In this document: positions 8,376 to 11,811 of the stretch, piece after piece | Layout of the letters: each line of letters begins with the position of its first letter | Position numbering within the stretch: the first letter of the stretch is position 1 | From: Trichoplax adhaerens | Lineage: Eukaryota; Animalia; Placozoa | DNA length: 11,811 bases | Reading direction: 5' to 3' | NCBI RefSeq assembly: GCF_000150275.1 | Contig: NW_002060961.1 | Location: 1,352,502 to 1,364,312 of the forward strand | Notes under the pieces: model-generated | Database searches by the model: none | Told to the model about the DNA's origin: nothing | The model's input: only the letters and a program-made list of their open reading frames with translations | Made by a program: the position numbers and the translations under genes

Positions 8376-8643
8376 GTAATGCCATGACTTGAACTATATC
8401 GCGTGAATATAGTAATCTGTATTTATATTTATCACCTTCATCGCGCAACTAATTTCGCACAGTTTAAGACGCACAAAAATTAATTATAATAATAAAGAAA
8501 TTTTTGATCGTTAGTTGGAATTGATCCAGGTTTAACTGTCACAAGAACATGAAAAACTAATTACATACTTTGCGCCTAGTTGTTTAATGCTATTATTTCT
8601 ATATCATATGCGTAGACTTAGTTCAGTACCGTTTTTAGCACAG

Positions 8644-9154
8644 GTTTTTGGTTACGTTTAAGGCTATTTCAGTTAGAGATTTATTCTTACTGGCCGAGTG
8701 TGATTATTTAATTTGCACTATGTCATCTAATGTCTGTAGACTTGCATACGAATTACATGAAGTTTTCTACGATCAAACTAAAACTCAACATTCTAAATCA
8801 CTTGATGTAAAATACCATGTATTTGGATTGGCTCGAAATCAGGTCGGCCCGTGGATTATGCGAGCTAATCAAGATTGTCCTAGTAACGCATCTAATGTTA
8901 TTGATCTAGGTAAAGGAGATATACTTGATCCTTGTACACCTACAGAATCAAAAACGATGTACTATGGCTATTCTAAGCGCTTGAAAATATCAGGAAGTTT
9001 CGCTAAATCTTGTGTAACTCATCTTCTAGATATTGTAAACTATCCAGATTATAGTGAAATAGATAAACTTTTTTATCGGTGTAAGTTGGATGTAAAAAGC
9101 ACACATGCTGTCAATACTACTTGCATTAAAACGTCGATAAATGATATACGGTAA
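8644..9154 (+). CDS. FUT8-like: Alpha-(1,6)-fucosyltransferase (FUT8-like, GT23) terminal exon: end of the catalytic domain plus divergent SH3-like domain; apparently 5'-truncated gene
   Basis: DLFLLAECDYLICTMSSNVCRLAYEL matches FUT8 [39 protein letters not shown] (IPMEPGDII), G..KRL..SG.F and VNYPDY (VKYPTY) are also collinear. Acceptor tttttagcacag at 8643 (alternative at 8662). Stop TAA at 9152-9154. Confidence 0.9.
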
Positions 9155-11811
9155 TTATAAATCCGTAGTATAGATAGACTTTAATTACAAGCATTTGTAA
9201 TGAAGGTTAATTTTTAGAATTTTCCTTCAAGTTCTTTCATTGTAATTGTTCTAGTTTAGTTTTTGTATCGTGATAAGTATTCTTACTTTAAAAATATGAC
9301 TTACTTGGTTGATTATAATAGTAGATTTTACTTAGTATCTTAGTATATTGTAAACCTGACTGCTTCATTCGGGTTAGAGGCTAAGATAATCCGTTACATA
9401 ATTTTTTCAAGAATCAGATATTATGATTTTATAATTCAAAAGATATATTTAGTTGATAGAATATATGTGTTGCTAATTTTGATCATTAATTACAGTAGAA
9501 GTTAACGTTACTTTGTAATTTTGTGCAGTATGAACCCAAAACACTTGATCTAGGATTGATATTTTGTCTTAGTGTATACTGTAGAAATATACAGTTGCAA
9601 GCTAAACTATACTTAGTACTAATTTAGCAGTTTTCGGGAGTCTAGGGTATAATTTATCGTATCATGTGTGTTTCGTTGCTAGTTTAATTTTGGATTACTT
9701 TAGAATGATAGTTAGATAGTCTAATACCGCCAACTGCTCTGCTTAGCATATAATAAATAGGTAGCGTAGTTCGGTAATTTAGCGCAGTTAAAGTTAGAGA
9801 AGACAATAAAAGTCCAGAATAATCGTGAATTATCTCATTAATTGATAGTTTGGTTGGTTGGGGCAGTGGTTCTGCCCGTATTTTTTATTCATTTAAGAAT
9901 TTTTTGCTAAAATTATTGTTTAAGTTATAACAAACTTGTGTTTTCTCCCTAATTTATTTTATTTCGACTTCTATGTTTGGTATTTCAATTTAATATTAGT
10001 AAAATTTTATATTTTTGTCAACCAATACTACTCATTGAAATTGATATTTTTATTGATTATGGAGGATTGCAATCGAAGTCTATTTCAGAATTCTCCTTCA
10101 CATAATTATTATCGTAGAAATATGGATCATTTAGAATAAGTAAATCGAATAAGGATAGTGAATATGTAGGACTGTGATGATTGGTCACTATCACGAAACA
10201 GCTTTGCGACAAGATAACGTAATGTACGATCATAAGTCAATTCCTTGAACCACGTATCAAGGAGCGATACCTGCGCTATTAGAAACACTTTTGCTATATC
10301 AGCAGACTACACAAAGGCTTAGACGCCTCGTATTTTACGTTAAACACTAAGTTTAAGAATTAACTTTATTACACGATATACTGCATTTATATACTCTTCC
10401 GCAATAGTTCATGATTCATAGTTAGTACGATTAACTTTGGAATCATTCACTGAATAAGGCTTTAACTTTAGCTACTGCTCCCTAATACCGATAACAGTAT
10501 TTACGAACATAGACAGCTGGTCATTTTATCGCTGAAATAATATTTAATTTACATGTAATAAGTTAATCAATGTTATGTTAGAGATGATCGTTCTAAGATT
10601 TATGTTTAAGCATATATCTATATTTGCATATTGCCGTCGATATCTATTGAGTTGCCATTAAGAGTAGTGTTTAACTCGTTTGTTTTATTTCGGTAATAAT
10701 TTTAGCAGTCCACAGTACATCAGATAAATACGAGAGTAATAACTGTTTTATATTAAATGTAAGTAAATTAGAAGGCAGTGTTACAATGTAAATAACTTAT
10801 TGTACGTTCAGGTTCGAAATACGATTATCTTATGTAAGCTGCAAAGTGCATTGAAAACGTCTCCAGTTAATATCGACGCTAAGCCGCAATCTTTAGCATT
10901 TAAAATATTCGCAGGCAATGGCTTGTTCGTTACGTAAAATTTCTATAATTATAGGTTATACATCAAAAACGATATTTAGCACAAATTTATGCTAAATCGT
11001 AATAGTACTTTAATTCACGTGTAATGAATGTTTTAAAGTGATTTTCTATTGTAATTTATAAGTTCGCAATCAATGCACATTAATATCTCAGTTTTTGTGT
11101 TTGTCTTCTGTTACAAATGTCTGTTTGCTTGTAAATAGAACTTTTTTCAATCCATATTAAATTGTTTCAATTTTATTAATTCCTTCAAATATTTTAATCA
11201 ACTAAATACGCATCCAATTTATTTTATGCGCTTACGCTGTATTGTACAGTATAGTACAGTAACAGGCATATCTACGGGAAAGCCAGAATACAGATTGTAG
11301 CTGTGAATGCTGTGCTAACGCATTAAAGATCAGTAATTACGCTCTACGGTTCGTAATATAGATAGCCAGATTATATAAATTGTGCTTATCTGTTTTATAT
11401 AACAATAAATAGTAAAAGACTTCGAATTCAAAGTGATAGCTACGATTTGATCACTCCTACACGACTGTAAATCCTGGTACTTACTATTTCGATAATGAGA
11501 AAATACGCTTATTTGAATTGGTATAGCGACTACATGTACAGTAAAGACTTTGAACTAGCTTATACTCAATGTTAAATATCAATCGCTGTTATGCTAATTC
11601 TTAAATACGATCCCCATAGGTCGGTACAGTCAATGCAAATCGAATAAAATTAATAATTCTATTCGACAGATAATCTGATTTCCTAATCCTAACATTTATT
11701 ATTTCTCTTGCCGCCCTAAAATAAATTTCTAACATATAATAATAGTCTGTTATGATAGAATTCTTCAGTCGCTTTTTGACATTATCGCTTGCTGTTATGC
11801 CCATCACGGCT

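Noticed and set aside
9861-9886. GGGCAG-tggtt-CTGCCC hairpin followed by a T-run, terminator-like
   Set aside because: Eukaryotic context, only a 6-bp stem, no associated RNA gene and no CTRR end.
9936-10139. 67-aa plus-strand ORF
   Set aside because: F/I/L/Y/N-rich translation of AT-rich low-complexity DNA with a non-ATG start.
11601-11807. 68-aa minus-strand ORF
   Set aside because: No recognisable motif or splice context; cannot be supported from sequence alone.

Overview
This is AT-rich eukaryotic (animal-type) genomic DNA with short GT-AG introns; a compact basal-metazoan genome such as a placozoan is plausible, but that is inference only. The supplied ORF track misses most of the real coding content. 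(1) A multi-exon adhesion GPCR (class B2) lies on the + strand at about 1.8-7.2 kb. I assembled it by hand from phase-compatible exons: GAIN end/GPS, TM1-TM7 and a cytoplasmic tail. Its GPS reads CNHT|ATF rather than CxHL|T/SxF, so it is predicted not to self-cleave. Several class-B signalling residues are replaced, and there is a 1-nt frameshift in TM3. (2) Only the 3' end of a divergent FUT8-like alpha-1,6-fucosyltransferase (GT23, with SH3-like tail) is present at 8312-9154 (+), with no room upstream for the rest of the catalytic domain. (3) There is a Helitron-type 3' terminus (hairpin + CTAG|T) on the - strand at 45-78, possibly belonging to an ~840-bp non-autonomous element that encloses an exon-like segment. 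(4) An intronic ~120-bp tandem repeat lies at 2008-2296. The last ~2.6 kb is largely unexplained. I see no prokaryotic-type system, CRISPR array or RNA gene.
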